Origin: Somniosus microcephalus
Taxonomy: Eukaryota
Assembly: GCA_052327205.1 (NCBI GenBank)
Contig: CM126219.1
Coordinates: 16,182,001-16,246,000 of the forward strand
Length of the DNA stretch: 64,000 nucleotides
Direction: 5' to 3'
Every line of letters begins with the position of its first letter. Within the stretch, counting starts at the first letter, position 1. A program made the translations under genes and the position numbers. Below the pieces are notes generated by a model that worked only from the letters and a program-made list of their open reading frames with translations, was not told where the DNA came from and made no database searches. Below, in pieces: positions 36,641 to 48,864 of the stretch.

Positions 36641-37269
36641 ACAGAAGGAAGCCAGTCGGCCCATCGAGTCTGTGCCCGTGAATTCATGGCGGTTTAGGAA
36701 TATAGATCAAAAGTCCACCACCAGGGGTGGGGAGGGAGGACTCCAAGATGGACGTTGTAGAGCTGAGTGATTGGTGGAACTGGGAAGTGCAGTCAGTGAA
36801 TTGCTGCAGGTCAATGTGGGAGCAGGAAGCAGCAATAACACAATTGTCAGTGTAACAGAAGAAAAGACATGGGAGTTGGTCTGAATAGGACTGGAACAAG
36901 CAGTGTTCCACATATGCTACAAAAAGAAACCCATAACTGGGCCTGTTGTGGACTTCCATAGTTGACACCTTTTGATTTCGGGAAATTATGTGGAATTAAA
37001 AGAGAAATTGTTGAGGGTATGAACAATTTCAGCCAAGCATAGGAGATTGGTGGTAGATGAAAACTGGTTGAGATATTGCTCAAGCAAGAAGTCCCAAGGT
37101 GGCTGGGAGGACACCCTGTGAGAGATGGACATTTAGAGGGACTGGACATCAATTGTTGGCAATTGGAACCAGAAAATCTGTCATTGTCAAAATGGAGGAG
37201 GACGTCAAAAGAGTAAATGGGCAGAGCCTGGGCAAGAGAAATTAAGATTTGATTTAAATTAAATTAACT

Positions 37270-37748
37270 CTTGGAGAAGGTGCAGAGAGGAGTTACTAGA
37301 ATGGTACCAGGCATGAGGGACTTCAGTATGTGGATAGACTGGAGAAGCTGGGATTGTTCTCCTTAGAACAGAGAAGGTTAAGGGGAAATTTAATAGAGGC
37401 GTTCAAGATTATAAAAGGTTTTGATAGAGTAGATAGAGAAAAACTGTTTATGCTGGCAGGAGGATCGGTAACCAGAGGGCACAGATTTAGTATAATTGGC
37501 AAAATAACTAGAGCGGAGAGAAGGAGAAACTTTTTACGCTGCAAGTTGTTGTGATCTGGAATGCGCTGCCTGAAAGGGCGGTGGAAGCAGATTCAATAGT
37601 AACTTTCAAAAAGGAATTGGATAAATACTTGAAAGGGAAAAATTTGCAGGGCTATGGGGAAAGAGTGGGAGAGTGGGACTAATTGGAGTGCTCTTTCAAA
37701 GAGCCAGCACGATGGGCCGAATGGCCTCCTCCTATGCTGTATGATTTT
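37270..37748 (+). mobile_element. CR1 LINE 3' fragment
   Basis: RLEKLGLFSLEQRRLRGNLIEAFKI peptide plus tail. Confidence 0.9.
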
Positions 37749-39419
37749 ATAAGATAAGAGGATATGAGTTTGGTGGGACAAGAGAAAACTAAAACAATGG
37801 TTCTGGCAACCATTTCTGTTTGTGAAATTTGGGGAGAAGGTAGAAAGTGGGAGTATGGATTGGGGACTAAGAGATTGGAGCAGTATTAGAGAAGATATCC
37901 ATGTGAAATCAGTTACAGCCTGGGATATAATGGTATGGTATTCAGTAATAAGGCTAGGCTTCTGGCGGAGATGGGAAGAGGAGTCAGATCATTGCTGTTA
38001 AGTCTCAGCCAGGTCGAAGTACTTGTATCTTTCACAAATTCTGAAATTTGTGCTTTTATTTTAATGATGTGTATTTAAAAAGTGTATTTTTTCCAAATGA
38101 GGTTTTTTTTCCCTTATTTCAAAGAGAATTACTTGGCTTTGTTCCTCCTGTGAAATTAGATCAGGTAGCTAATTTTAATGTGTTAAATGTTCTTTCATGG
38201 AGCATGTCATTCAACGCAGCTGTCTGGCAGCAGTATATACTGTGAAGCTGGTTCATGTAACTTTGAGCCACTAAATTTGTTTGTCTAGAAATTTTTTTTT
38301 AATGTAGTTTGTTATGGTTTGATGTCAGATGGAAATGTGACTTCTGATTATTGTCACGTTGAAATGGCTGGCTGCTATGCAGGAAAGCTGCATGTGATGG
38401 GTTTTGATTTCACACAAAACAGACTCCCTGTTGTTTCAGTGATGTGCAGGATAATTATAGAATGCTTAGTTTCTCCATCAATGAAATTGCTTTCTCCTTC
38501 GAATTGGGTGCAAATTCAGTACCCCTTTACTCAGTTCCAATGTGTGTTTAATGCCTCTGGCTCCCGACACCCAAGTCTTACGCAGCCAGAGTAAATGCCT
38601 AATATTTCATCTGTAAATTTTAGGATAAATAAATTGAATTCGTCATCATTTTAATATGTCCAAATCTGGTTTAGTGTGTCAGATAGGCTGAAGACGTGAG
38701 AATCCTACATGAGCCCAGTATGCAGTTTTGCATTTTGAGGGTTCATTGTTAGATCTGGGCTACATTATCTTTACTGGGGCAGTAAACAAAAGGCACAAAT
38801 TTCCGTTGATTAGAGCTGTTTTGCTTCCAGAAACTGTTGGGCCGTTTGAATGAAAAAGACTATTTTAAAATCCAAAACTTAACAGTTCATGAAGGCGAAG
38901 ATGGGATCAGTGTCAGAGATCAAAGTGGAACCTATCTGAATTAAAAGACAGTACCACGAGTATCAGGTCAGAGATCAAACGAAGTGGCAAGACTGGAAAC
39001 GCAAAGAAATCTGTAGCTGGCTAAGCAGCAAAGAGAGGAAAGAGCATGTCCGCATGTCCAGGGGGAGGAAGAGCAGTTTTGTATGTATTAGTTAGACTAC
39101 TTAAGCTGGAGGCTGAAAGGAGCTAAGCTAATGGGAAAAGGGATGACTCCATTGCAAAGCTGACAATGCAGGCAAAAATGAGAAGTAATGATAAAATGGG
39201 CTTGTTGGCACAAGCGGTGCCACTTACAAGATTGGTAAGTCCCCATCCAGTAGATTCAGCACATAATTCGGCGCATAGTAACGTAATTAAGTCTAGCCTT
39301 ATTCCAATTCTTAAGGAAGGGGCTATTTCACATGGATTCTTGCAACTGAGCATTATGTAGTCTCGTGAACACTGGGAAGCCCATGACTGGAGTAAGCTAG
39401 ATTTTCATAATAGACAGCC

Positions 39420-39592
39420 AGCAGGCCTGATCCTGCTCCTATTTCGTGTGTCTAATTCTGTTAGATTCAGGAGATGGTTCTGTGATAGTGGATTGGTGGT
39501 TAGGATCAGATCAGCCATGATCTTATTGAATGGCAGAGCAGGCTCGAGGGGCCGATTGGCCTACTCCTGCTCCTATTTCTTATGTTCTTATG
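39420..39592 (+). mobile_element. CR1 compound 3' tail fragment
   Basis: Two successive CCTGCTCCTA tails; shares CTAATTCTGTTAGATT..CAGGAGATGG with the 28172-29615 element. Confidence 0.75.
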
Positions 39593-40494
39593 TTAAACCC
39601 AGTGAGCGGGCGACTCCCTGCAACCTGGGACTGCATGGCTGCACAGATCACCAGACATGATTCCATGTGTTCCTATTGTGGGGCACAAAATGAACAACTG
39701 TTGATCTATGAGGTAGTCCAGAGCGCAGTCGAGGAGGTACACGACATCTGAGCGTGTCGGGAACCTTTTCTAATCCCATAGAACAGGGGCTCTCAACCAG
39801 GTGTCCATGGCCCCCTAGGCGTCCACGGGAAGATTTCAGGGGGTCCACCAGTTGTTTTGTCCCATCAATATAGAGGAGAGACTACGGATGTTTATGACAT
39901 AAACATCATTAGTCTCCTTTGCATATTGAGACGAGTGGAATAGTCTCAGCTATAAAGACTGCATGCACAATCAATTCAGGTTCTTACTGTTGGGCACCAT
40001 TTGAACGCTTAGACAAGTCCCTTTGCGTGTCACTGACTTTTACAGCAGTATTTATCTAGGTAAGTTTATTTTTGATCCAGCCCTATTCGCTTCCATGTTC
40101 CACTCGCTGCTTTTAATTGTTAACTATCATCAGATACTTCTCAAAACTGTTTTTACTTCAGCATATGGGTTGAGAGCAGGGTATTTGCAGGGGCCAAGAA
40201 TTCTTGAAAGTTCCCCACTTCACCTTTCAGAAGCAGACCAAAGTACCACAAATGGTCCACAACGTTCTCTCTGGACCTTCCGCTCTGACACGTGGCCAGA
40301 TACCATTCTGAAACTCAGATAAGCCTTTCAGCAGAACATGGATGGATGATTGGTCCTGCCAAGGTAAATACTTTGGGAACCTTTCTCAATTGTGTATAAC
40401 CAGCCACATCTTCCGCCCATTCATTCTATTTGAGGAAGTCTGGTGACCTAGTCTGCGACACACTGACTGCTGTCCTGCTCTTGACTGGACTGGG

Positions 40495-41056
40495 TCCAAC
40501 GCTGCCTCCCCAAGATCCTGCAAATCCATTGGCAGGATAGGCGCACCAGCATCAGTGTGCTTGCTCAGGCCAACATCCCCAGCATCGAAGCTTTGACCAC
40601 GCTCAATCAGCTCCGATGGACGGGCCACATTGTCCGCATGCCCGATACGAGACTCCCAAAACAAGCGCTCTACTCGGAGCTCCGGCACGGCAAGAGAGCC
40701 CCAGGTGGGCAGAGGAAACGCTTCAAGGACACCCTCAAAGCCTCCTTGAAAAAGTGCAACATCCCCACCGACACCTGGGAATCCCTGGCCCAAGACCGCA
40801 CAAAGTGGAGGAGAAGCATCCAGGAAGGCGCCGAACACCTCGAGTCTCTTCGCCGGGAGCAAGCGGAAGCCAAGCGCAGGCAGCGCAAGGAGCGCACGTC
40901 AACCCAAGCACCCCACCCACCCGCCCCTTCAACCACCATCTGCCCCACCTGTGACAGAGTCTGTAAGTCCCGCATTGGACTCATCAGTCACCTGCGAACT
41001 CATTTTTAATGTGGAAGCAAGTCATCCTCGGCTCCGAGGGATTGCCTAAGCCTAAG
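40495..41056 (+). mobile_element. RTE-clade LINE 3' fragment
   Basis: QLRWTGHIVRMPDTRLPKQALYSEL..GKR..GGQRKRFKD with a C2H2 finger CPTC..HLRTH; (GCCTAA)n tail. Confidence 0.92.
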
Positions 41057-42099
41057 TCATCATCGAATATATGAGCGACTGTTTTCAAAGTCAGTGCACT
41101 AGAGCTGCAAACATCGACTGAGCTGAATAGGGAGCACTCAAAAATAAAAAAAAGTGACAAGGGATTAATGCACAGTGTGTCACTGCCACTTATGGTTAGA
41201 CTGTTTTAGCCCCTTGAATAAGTCACTGATAAGAAGGCAAACAGGAACTGAATTGTACAGCGGTGTGCGGATACACGTGTCAGACGCTGGCAAGTGACTG
41301 CAAGGAAACATGTACAAGTGCAGACAGTCTATCCAGTCATCCATTTCCTTTCCCCTCATGCAGAGCCACCCTGTGTCAGTTGGAAGCTGCTCGTGCATTT
41401 GAAAAGAGCGCGGTCAATGGAGAGAGTGCACGCGCGCCACGTGACCTGGGGACGGGGGAAGGAAAGAAAAAGACTTTGCGGTCTCTGAGCTTGCGGCAAG
41501 GCCGTAATAATCCGGATCCGCTGTGACTCTCTCCTTCAATGTCTTCAGTCTAGAGTTAATAAAATAGCTGAGTTAATAAAAAAGACGTATCACGATTTTC
41601 CTCGCACTTGAGACTCAGCGCTTTATATTCATGGCCTTGTTCTTCCCTGACGGACGGATAGGTCTAGTCTGGGTTTTCATGTACTTTGAGATACCGCCGG
41701 CTATTTGTGAAAGGGTTGGGGAGGAGGCAAGAGGGAGGGGGGCTGCCTTTGTCACTAAACGATTCATGGCGATGAGGTCGGGTGGGTAAAGTTGGTCAGG
41801 GCTCTGTTTATTTCTCCATTTTTCTCATGTACCATTGTCCTCCGCCATTACTGGTGCTGTTAATTCAAGTCGTGGCTTTCACCGCCATGTTGGGGTTTGG
41901 TATCGAAATAAGAGGGCAGTTCTGTTTCCGAAATGGAGGACGTGGACCTGGAATTTTAGTCCAGTCCAACTGAGTGTGCACAAAATGAGCCTGTAGTGAG
42001 CACTGCGCTTGTTGCTCCTGGTTCATTTCCTGTTAAACAAATGGTTGATGGGGTGGAGCAGACCCATGGCAGCAAATGGGCACATAATGTAAATTTAGG

Positions 42100-44172
42100 T
42101 TAAAAGCAGAAAATGCTGGAAATACTCAGCAGATCAGTCAGCATCTGTGGAGAGAGAAATAGAGTTAACATTTCAGGCCGATGACCTTTCATCAGACCTG
42201 AAATGTTGGGCCTGATTTTGTGGATTGTGTGGGAAATGGTCGGATTCCCCGAATGTGGGGTTCTGACCCGAAAAAAAATGGGTCAGCCAGCTGCACGCAA
42301 TTTTCCCTCAAGTGGCCAATTAATTTCCAGCGTGTGGACAGCCTTGCTAATTGTCCATTTCTAGTCAGAAAGCCCCACAGTATGATGTCATCATTCGTGG
42401 TGCTTTCAAGGTCCACAGCAAGCATTGCTTCCTCTGTTGGCTTCCAAACGCACCATACAGGATGGCAGAGGAGCCTGCAGCAGCTGTGGCCAGTGCCAGA
42501 CCCCGAGCTGCCTCCAAATTCGACGAAGCTTCACTGCAGGCATTATTGGATGGGGTTAGGGCCCACAGGGAGGTCCTCTTCCCTAGGTCAGGCAGGAAGA
42601 GGCCTCCCACTGAGACCAAGGCTGCATGGATGCAGGTGTCAGCAGATGTCAACTCGAATGTGCATGTAACCTAGGCATCACATCTCTAACTCCTTCCTCT
42701 ACTCCCCCACAGGACCATCCAGAGCCCCCGTCCCCACTGCGGAGGAGGAAGAGGCTGTGCAGCCAGACTCCTCAGAGGAAGCTCCAACCTCTGAGGGTGC
42801 AGCGTCAGCAGAAGTAAGCGCACCCAGCACCAGCGCAGACACTCACACCTCGGGGGGACCTTCGGGACATAGAGTAGTGTTGTCACCTGGTGTTTCACAG
42901 CTCACAAGTGAGCCTCAGCAGATTCTGGAGACAGGGACAGCAGTGGAGAGTCCTCGTCGGAGGGCGCAGGACTCTGCCAGCTCAGCTCAGCTGCGCTGCA
43001 TGTCGACCCTCTGCCTCTGGGTCCATCCACAAGAGAAGAGGTGATGGATCTCCATGCACAGATGCAGGAGCCTGGCAGGTTTTATCTCCAGGGTGGCTGC
43101 GAGTGTGGAGCGAATGGAGGAGTCCATAGCGACCATGAGCAGAGCCTTTGTGGAGTCATTGGCGCAGAAACGCATCACCATGGAAAGGTTGGCAACCTCC
43201 ATGGAGGAGATAACTCGCCGGGGTATGGAAAACATGGTGAGTGCTCATAAGAGAATGACATCTCTTGAGGAGCGTTGGCCATCTATTGAACAGAGAAACC
43301 AGACCTTCATGGAAGTCCTTCTGAGTAGGACTGCCAGTGCAGATACGGGTCCCCATGGCCCCCTAAAGCGCAGCAAGATGCTCTCAAGCCACTTCCAAGC
43401 GCTGGCCCCTTCTGGCCTGTGCAGCTTCAGGTGAGTGAGCAGCAGCCTGGTGCTCATCCTGCTGTTCCTGGTTCTGCTGCTGTCGCCTCTGCTGCTGGAG
43501 ATCCTGTAATGGCAAGAAGGGAAGGAAAAAAGGCGTCCCATGCTTCTGGTAGATGCCTCCGCTGAGGAAGCGCTGAGTGAGGGTGGCGAGAGGGGCTTCC
43601 CAGGAGATCACATTGGAGAAATGTGTGAGGCTCCAACCTTCCACAGCTGTGCCTAAGCCTTGAAGAAGTAGCCCCAAGCCTGCAACAACAAGGTCCTTCA
43701 ACATACAAATGCTGTCCCTTTAAATCGCAGCTTTCCCGAATGACCTGCAGCTGAGAGCAAGCAAGCTGGCAAGCTTCATACCAGGTTTCATCAGCGGGGT
43801 TCCCCGCAGGCGTGTTTAGCGTGGGGAACCCTTGAAAATCGCAAGGGCCCCTTAAAATGGCATTAAACATGCCAATAATTGGTGATTAGGGTCCCGACGG
43901 CCAGTCCCGCCAGCGGCGGGCGGGACTGATTCGGGTCGCAGAGAAACGGCGGTCCGAAAGTCGGACGGGGCGGGGAATCAGGCGGGGGGCGGTCACGGCC
44001 CCCTATTTCTGCGATTTTCGGCCCCCGCCCGCCTGAAAACCTGCCTGAAGGCTGGCAGAAAATCGGGGCCATTATCTCTGTTTCTCTCTCCACAGATGCT
44101 GCCTGACCTGCTGAGTGTTCCCAGCATTTTCTGTTTATATTTCAGATTTCCAGCATCCGCAGTATTTTGCTT
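42100..44172. mobile_element. Inverted pair of Penelope-like terminal repeats split by a Harbinger element
   Basis: 42100-42207 and 44071-44172 form head-to-head repeats; 13-bp TSD ATGTAAATTTAGG at 42087-42099 and 44173-44185. Confidence 0.82.
42208..44070 (+). mobile_element. Internally deleted Harbinger element retaining a Myb/SANT-like gene remnant
   Basis: TIRs GGGCCTGATTTT / AAAATCGGGGCC. ORF from ATG 42462 (KFDEASLQALLDGV..LF..AAWMQVS) and a coiled-coil-like ORF 43054..43434. No transposase. Confidence 0.82.
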
Positions 44173-44685
44173 ATGTAAATTTAGGATTTAATAAACTCTT
44201 TTACGTAAGGTGTAATCGAGCTATTAATAGCTAATTTTTATATAGAAAAAGTACTTGTGTTGTGTAACAGGGAGTCCACGGAATTTTTATAACACGGGAG
44301 GGGGCCTCAGAAGCAATAAGATTGAGAACCCCGTAGAATACGGCTGAGTGCCTACACCCAATCACTCCGAATGATCGGCAAAGTGAAAACAGGATGTATT
44401 CTGACTTTAGTCTGCCTGCATCTGTTGTGCATCCGTTGTGGGAAGTTAAGTTACAAAGGGAAGGAATTCCTATCTTCATGACATTTATGGGCTTTCAGCC
44501 AAAATCAAACCAGATCTCCATTTTGGACAAGTGAATGAAAGGGAATCATAGCAACATTGCTGTAAGATATTATTAGAGAATGATTTGAATCTTAATATGC
44601 AACAGACCTGTGTAGTTACTTTGAGCTACATTATATCTGCAAAGAAAGAAAACAAAATATACAAATCCCAGCTTTTAAAAGACAT

Positions 44686-45324
44686 GGGGCTAAATATTGA
44701 GTAGCCTACTTTCTCCAGGGTGCTACTTTTAGCGCACGGAAAAATTAGCGCCCCGCGCTGGAAATTGCATGGTTGCACCCCAAGAGGGAAGCGGGGCGCT
44801 ACTGGAAGCGCCCCGCATCCCTCTTGGGGCGCTGTGAGTCAATATCACGGCGCTACGTGCCGCAGTGCTGCGCCATGTCGCGCCACGGTATTGCAGGCCT
44901 TCCTCCCCTTAAAGGAGAGGGGCCTTGCAAAGCGCAACCCGGGGCCCAGGCCCCCGGGGATCGGGAGTGCCGGCAAAAGAGCCCGGCACTCAAGAGAAGT
45001 GCCAGGCCCTTGGAGCGCAGCCGGCACTTCAGGGGAGTGGGGTGTTCAGGAGGCCAGGGACGGGAGTGTAGGCAGGTGCTGGCAGGCGGCCAGCAACAAA
45101 AGTGGCCGCCCCGCACCTCGCCTTTAAATAGCGCCGCCCTGGCCTCAGGTAGGCCCCCCTGACATAGCGCCCGGCAGTAAGTCAGGGGGCACTTCCGAAG
45201 ATCATGGCTGGAGCGCTGCGCACAACAATGACATCATCGCTGCCGGGTGCTGCCAGTTAGCGCCGCCGCTAACCTCCCGCTGAATTTCGCTAACGGGAGG
45301 CGCAAAGCAACCCAATTTGCCCCC
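44686..45324. mobile_element. GC-rich Harbinger-like MITE
   Basis: Imperfect TIRs GGGGCTAAATATTGAGTAGC / GCAACCCAATTTGCCCCC; abrupt GC shift; repeated AGCGCC motifs. Confidence 0.6.
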
Positions 45325-47179
45325 TCTCTCCGGTCTCTGACGGCACCTATCATCAATCCTTTTCAGCAGGATAACCGTGTTTTAAAAGTCTGAATTGTAA
45401 TAGTGCCACAAAATAGCAACACACCCCGCAGACTTTCAAACTAGGTTGGGGATCTAAGAGAGCAAGAAGAGTCGGAGAGAGGTAGGTTAGAATGGGTAAA
45501 GGGAGTGCAGAACAACTGGTTTTGGCAGCTCTTGATGAAAAGAGGGCATGCGAGAGGTCCAAGAGGACTCTGGAGGAAGGAGAAGTGGTGGAGGTGTGTG
45601 AGAAGAAAGCACAGGAATGAAGACTGCAGAATCAGAGCTCAGCATCATGTCAAGCTTGTAACTTGCTGAGGTTGTAAGGCAATGAAGCCGAGAACAAATC
45701 GTTTGGAGTGATAAAGGGGAAGGTCAAAGAATGGTGAAAACCTGGCAGGTGGGAATCCAAACAACAGTGGGGCTAGAAGGATAAATGGGATCAGAAGAAA
45801 GTGAAAGGCAAGAGGGAGCAGGAGATTGGGTTGCACCCATTGAGCAACTTTGAAAGTGTCTTTCTGAAAGAGAAATTTTTTTTTTTAATTAAAAGTGCCA
45901 AATGTTGATGTGAAGCTGAAAACCAGGGTAGATCTGATGCAGACAGATGTAAATGTTGCTGGAGAGAGAGAGCAAGAGAATGCTTACAACTGCATGTGAT
46001 AGAGAGGATGGATCACATCAGGTGGCAGCTGCAGTGGTCAAAGGAGCATTGAAAACACCGAAATATCTTGAGTCCTGACAAAGGGTCTTTACCCAAAGCA
46101 TTAACCCACAATTTATTTTCAGTGCTGACGGATCTGCTGTATATTTCCAACATTGTCTGACTTTGACCTCATTAACCTGGTCTCTTGTATCAGATGCATG
46201 TTATAAACTCGCATACACTGTTAGTAAAATACGCAGATATCATATGTGAGTGTGCATGCAATATAGATGAGGGGCAATCCCGTCATCTGTTTCTTGAGAT
46301 TATCTTGCCATCTCTCCCACTCCTGAATGTGTACAGTAAAATGAAAATATTGAAAGTTGTGCAAAGAACATCAATACAGTTTATTTTCTTCACGCCTCAA
46401 GTTATACCCTTGTGAAAAATGAAAATTCTATGGCGGTAGCCCTAAGAATATGTTGAAAACCAACCCTTAAGGTTGTCACCTGAGATTTCTGTGATATTTA
46501 TTTGTACATTTATATTTATTCAACAGCCTGAATGATTTCTGGGTAGGCTAGAGAAAAAAACAAAAAAGGTAAAGTATTATTCTGTTACATTTTCAGAGTG
46601 ATGTGAGGTACTATATTCACCCTGCACTCTGACATTCTCCTCAACAAACATTCTCCTACAGTGCAGTTTCAGTAGAGGTACAATTAACAATAGGGCAAGT
46701 AGATTGACAAACCTGTGTCTCTGCACACACTTGAGCTTGTTAAAGCCATTAAACACCAAAGTCTTATCTCTTTGACCACAGTAAAATCACCACATTGACC
46801 ATACTGCAGTACAATCTTGTTTAATCTGGGATTCTTATCTGGAATCCACAATAATCTTAACTGCTCACTCATTGGCCCACGGTTTGGAGCAGTACATAAG
46901 GCACCTGGCAAATGGAAAAGTTGCACTCTGACTCCAGCGCTCTGATCTGGAAACAAAGCGATTTAGGTAAGTGTTCCTTTTCTTGATAAACCAACAACCC
47001 TCAGTTTATCAAGGAAAGTGCACTTAGTAAAACAAGTCCGAGCTCCCTCTGGTCACCTTGCTCGGTTTCTCCTGCTGACGTTTTTTGGTCTTGATTGTTG
47101 CCGTCTGATCGCTATCCCTGGACACTCAACGCCAAAAGAAATTGAACAACAGTAGCAGCATTTCTAGGGACTGTTCACA

Positions 47180-47410
47180 CAAGATAAACAAAAGGCAAAA
47201 TACCGTCGATGTTAGAAATCTAAAAACAAAAACCGAAACAGCTCAGCAGGTCCGGCAGTATCTTCGGAGTAACAGAAGTCATTCAGTCAGCACTTCAGGT
47301 CACAGATCCTTCAGTCCTAAGGGTTTTATACCTGAACCATTGACTGACTTCTGTTTCTTCACAGATGCTTCCTGACCTGAGTACGTCCAGCTATTTCTGT
47401 TCTTTGTTTT
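47180..47410. mobile_element. Degenerate inverted pair of Penelope-like terminal repeats
   Basis: Head-to-head eroded repeats flanked by TTCACAC. Confidence 0.6.
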
Positions 47411-48810
47411 CACACGTACTGCAGGAGTTTCAGTTTGCTCTGCCAGTGTAAACAAAGGGGTTGTGTTTATTTGTGCCGCACTGTATCAGCCATCTTGAAT
47501 ATGTTATTCTGACCGCCATTAATCCAGCAGATTTTGTGTTGTTGGATTGATCGGGATTAGTGAGGCAAAACTATAGAATGAGAGACTATCACAGCAGTCG
47601 GAAGCATCATGAAACACTGATGAAGTATTTGTAAGTGGTGGAAATCCTTCATTTTCTTCATTTGAGAAGTCAAGATTAAAATTTAGTACCCATAGTGCGA
47701 GACGTCACCAAGGTTGAAAAGATTTAAAAGAGAAGAGGCGAATGAGACAGTAATTAGGTGATGCCAAGATTGGTTTTAAAAGCCTGAAGATTGTAGGGAG
47801 GAGGTAGAGATTTAGGGAGGTAAGTAGTTACAGTTTTGATTGAGTTAGAATGTGACAAGTCTTGATTGTAACAGTTAATAGTTGGGAAGAGGAAATGGGT
47901 GTAGGACGGCATATGTGCACCTTGGGAGACACGAGAGAAAAGCTTAGAGCACTGGCCATAGTGGCATTGATGAAATAAAGTGGGGAACAGGAATGGTTGT
48001 GACATTGGAGGCTAGAGCTGAGAGAGGATCACCTATCAGATAATGAGCGGTATTCGAGTATGGAAATATTCAGGTCCTGGGCCGACTTTGCTTTTATAGA
48101 GAGCTAGGAGTTCCTGGGGGAGGGGGAAAAGTGTTTGGCATGAGAAAAGGAATCTGGGCTTCTTGGCTGAAGCTATAGAAATGATGAAGATTTGTTAATT
48201 CTATTTAAGATCAGAGGAGATAGGCCAAGAAGGACTAAGGATGGAGATATCAAGGGTAAAAGGTGATCGCTATTGGTTAGATTTGCAAGAAACATTAAAA
48301 AGACTTGAAAGATTTTTGCTGTTTTGTCGGAGGGCATGGACAGGCATTGCACTGCGTGAAGAATGGAGGTTGTGTTCAACGAGGAGCTGCAATCAAGAAA
48401 GTTGATGAATATAGAATAGGTGGATAAGATTTGATGTTGTGGAGCAGGACATTAGTATGAAAAGGACCAGAGTGAGAGAGAGGATAAATTTCTGAGAAAC
48501 CCCTGAATTAATGGAAAATGTTAGAGGATCCACTATCAACTACAGCACAGATAGTGTTATACCAAAGACATTAAGATAAACTTGGGAGAGATGATCTCTG
48601 CATTTCAGCTTACTCTCTGTCTTTATACCTACCCTTCCCAATAGTGAACAATTTAGGCTCGTCAATTCAGCTGGAATTATATAAATGTGTTGGGGAGCAT
48701 TTCTTAACTAACAGTTTTCTGAATCAACTAAGTTATATAAACATTATTGATGGGAAATTTTACAAAAACTTAAGTTAATCTTTTCAATCTTTCCTTTTTC
48801 CCCTCTGCAG

Positions 48811-48864
48811 AAACACCAGCAGCAGAATGAAGAAATAGTGGGTCAGGTGATCAGGGTGGCCTAA
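48811..48864 (+). CDS. NFYA: NFYA last coding exon: KHQQQNEEIVGQVIRVA*
   Basis: Long polypyrimidine tract plus CAG; homologous to the mammalian ..EEAMTQIIRVS* terminus. Confidence 0.88.
   Translation, partial: KHQQQNEEIVGQVIRVA

Noticed and set aside
44720-45162. 135-aa and 129-aa ORFs
   Set aside because: They lie within a GC-rich MITE and have no protein motifs.
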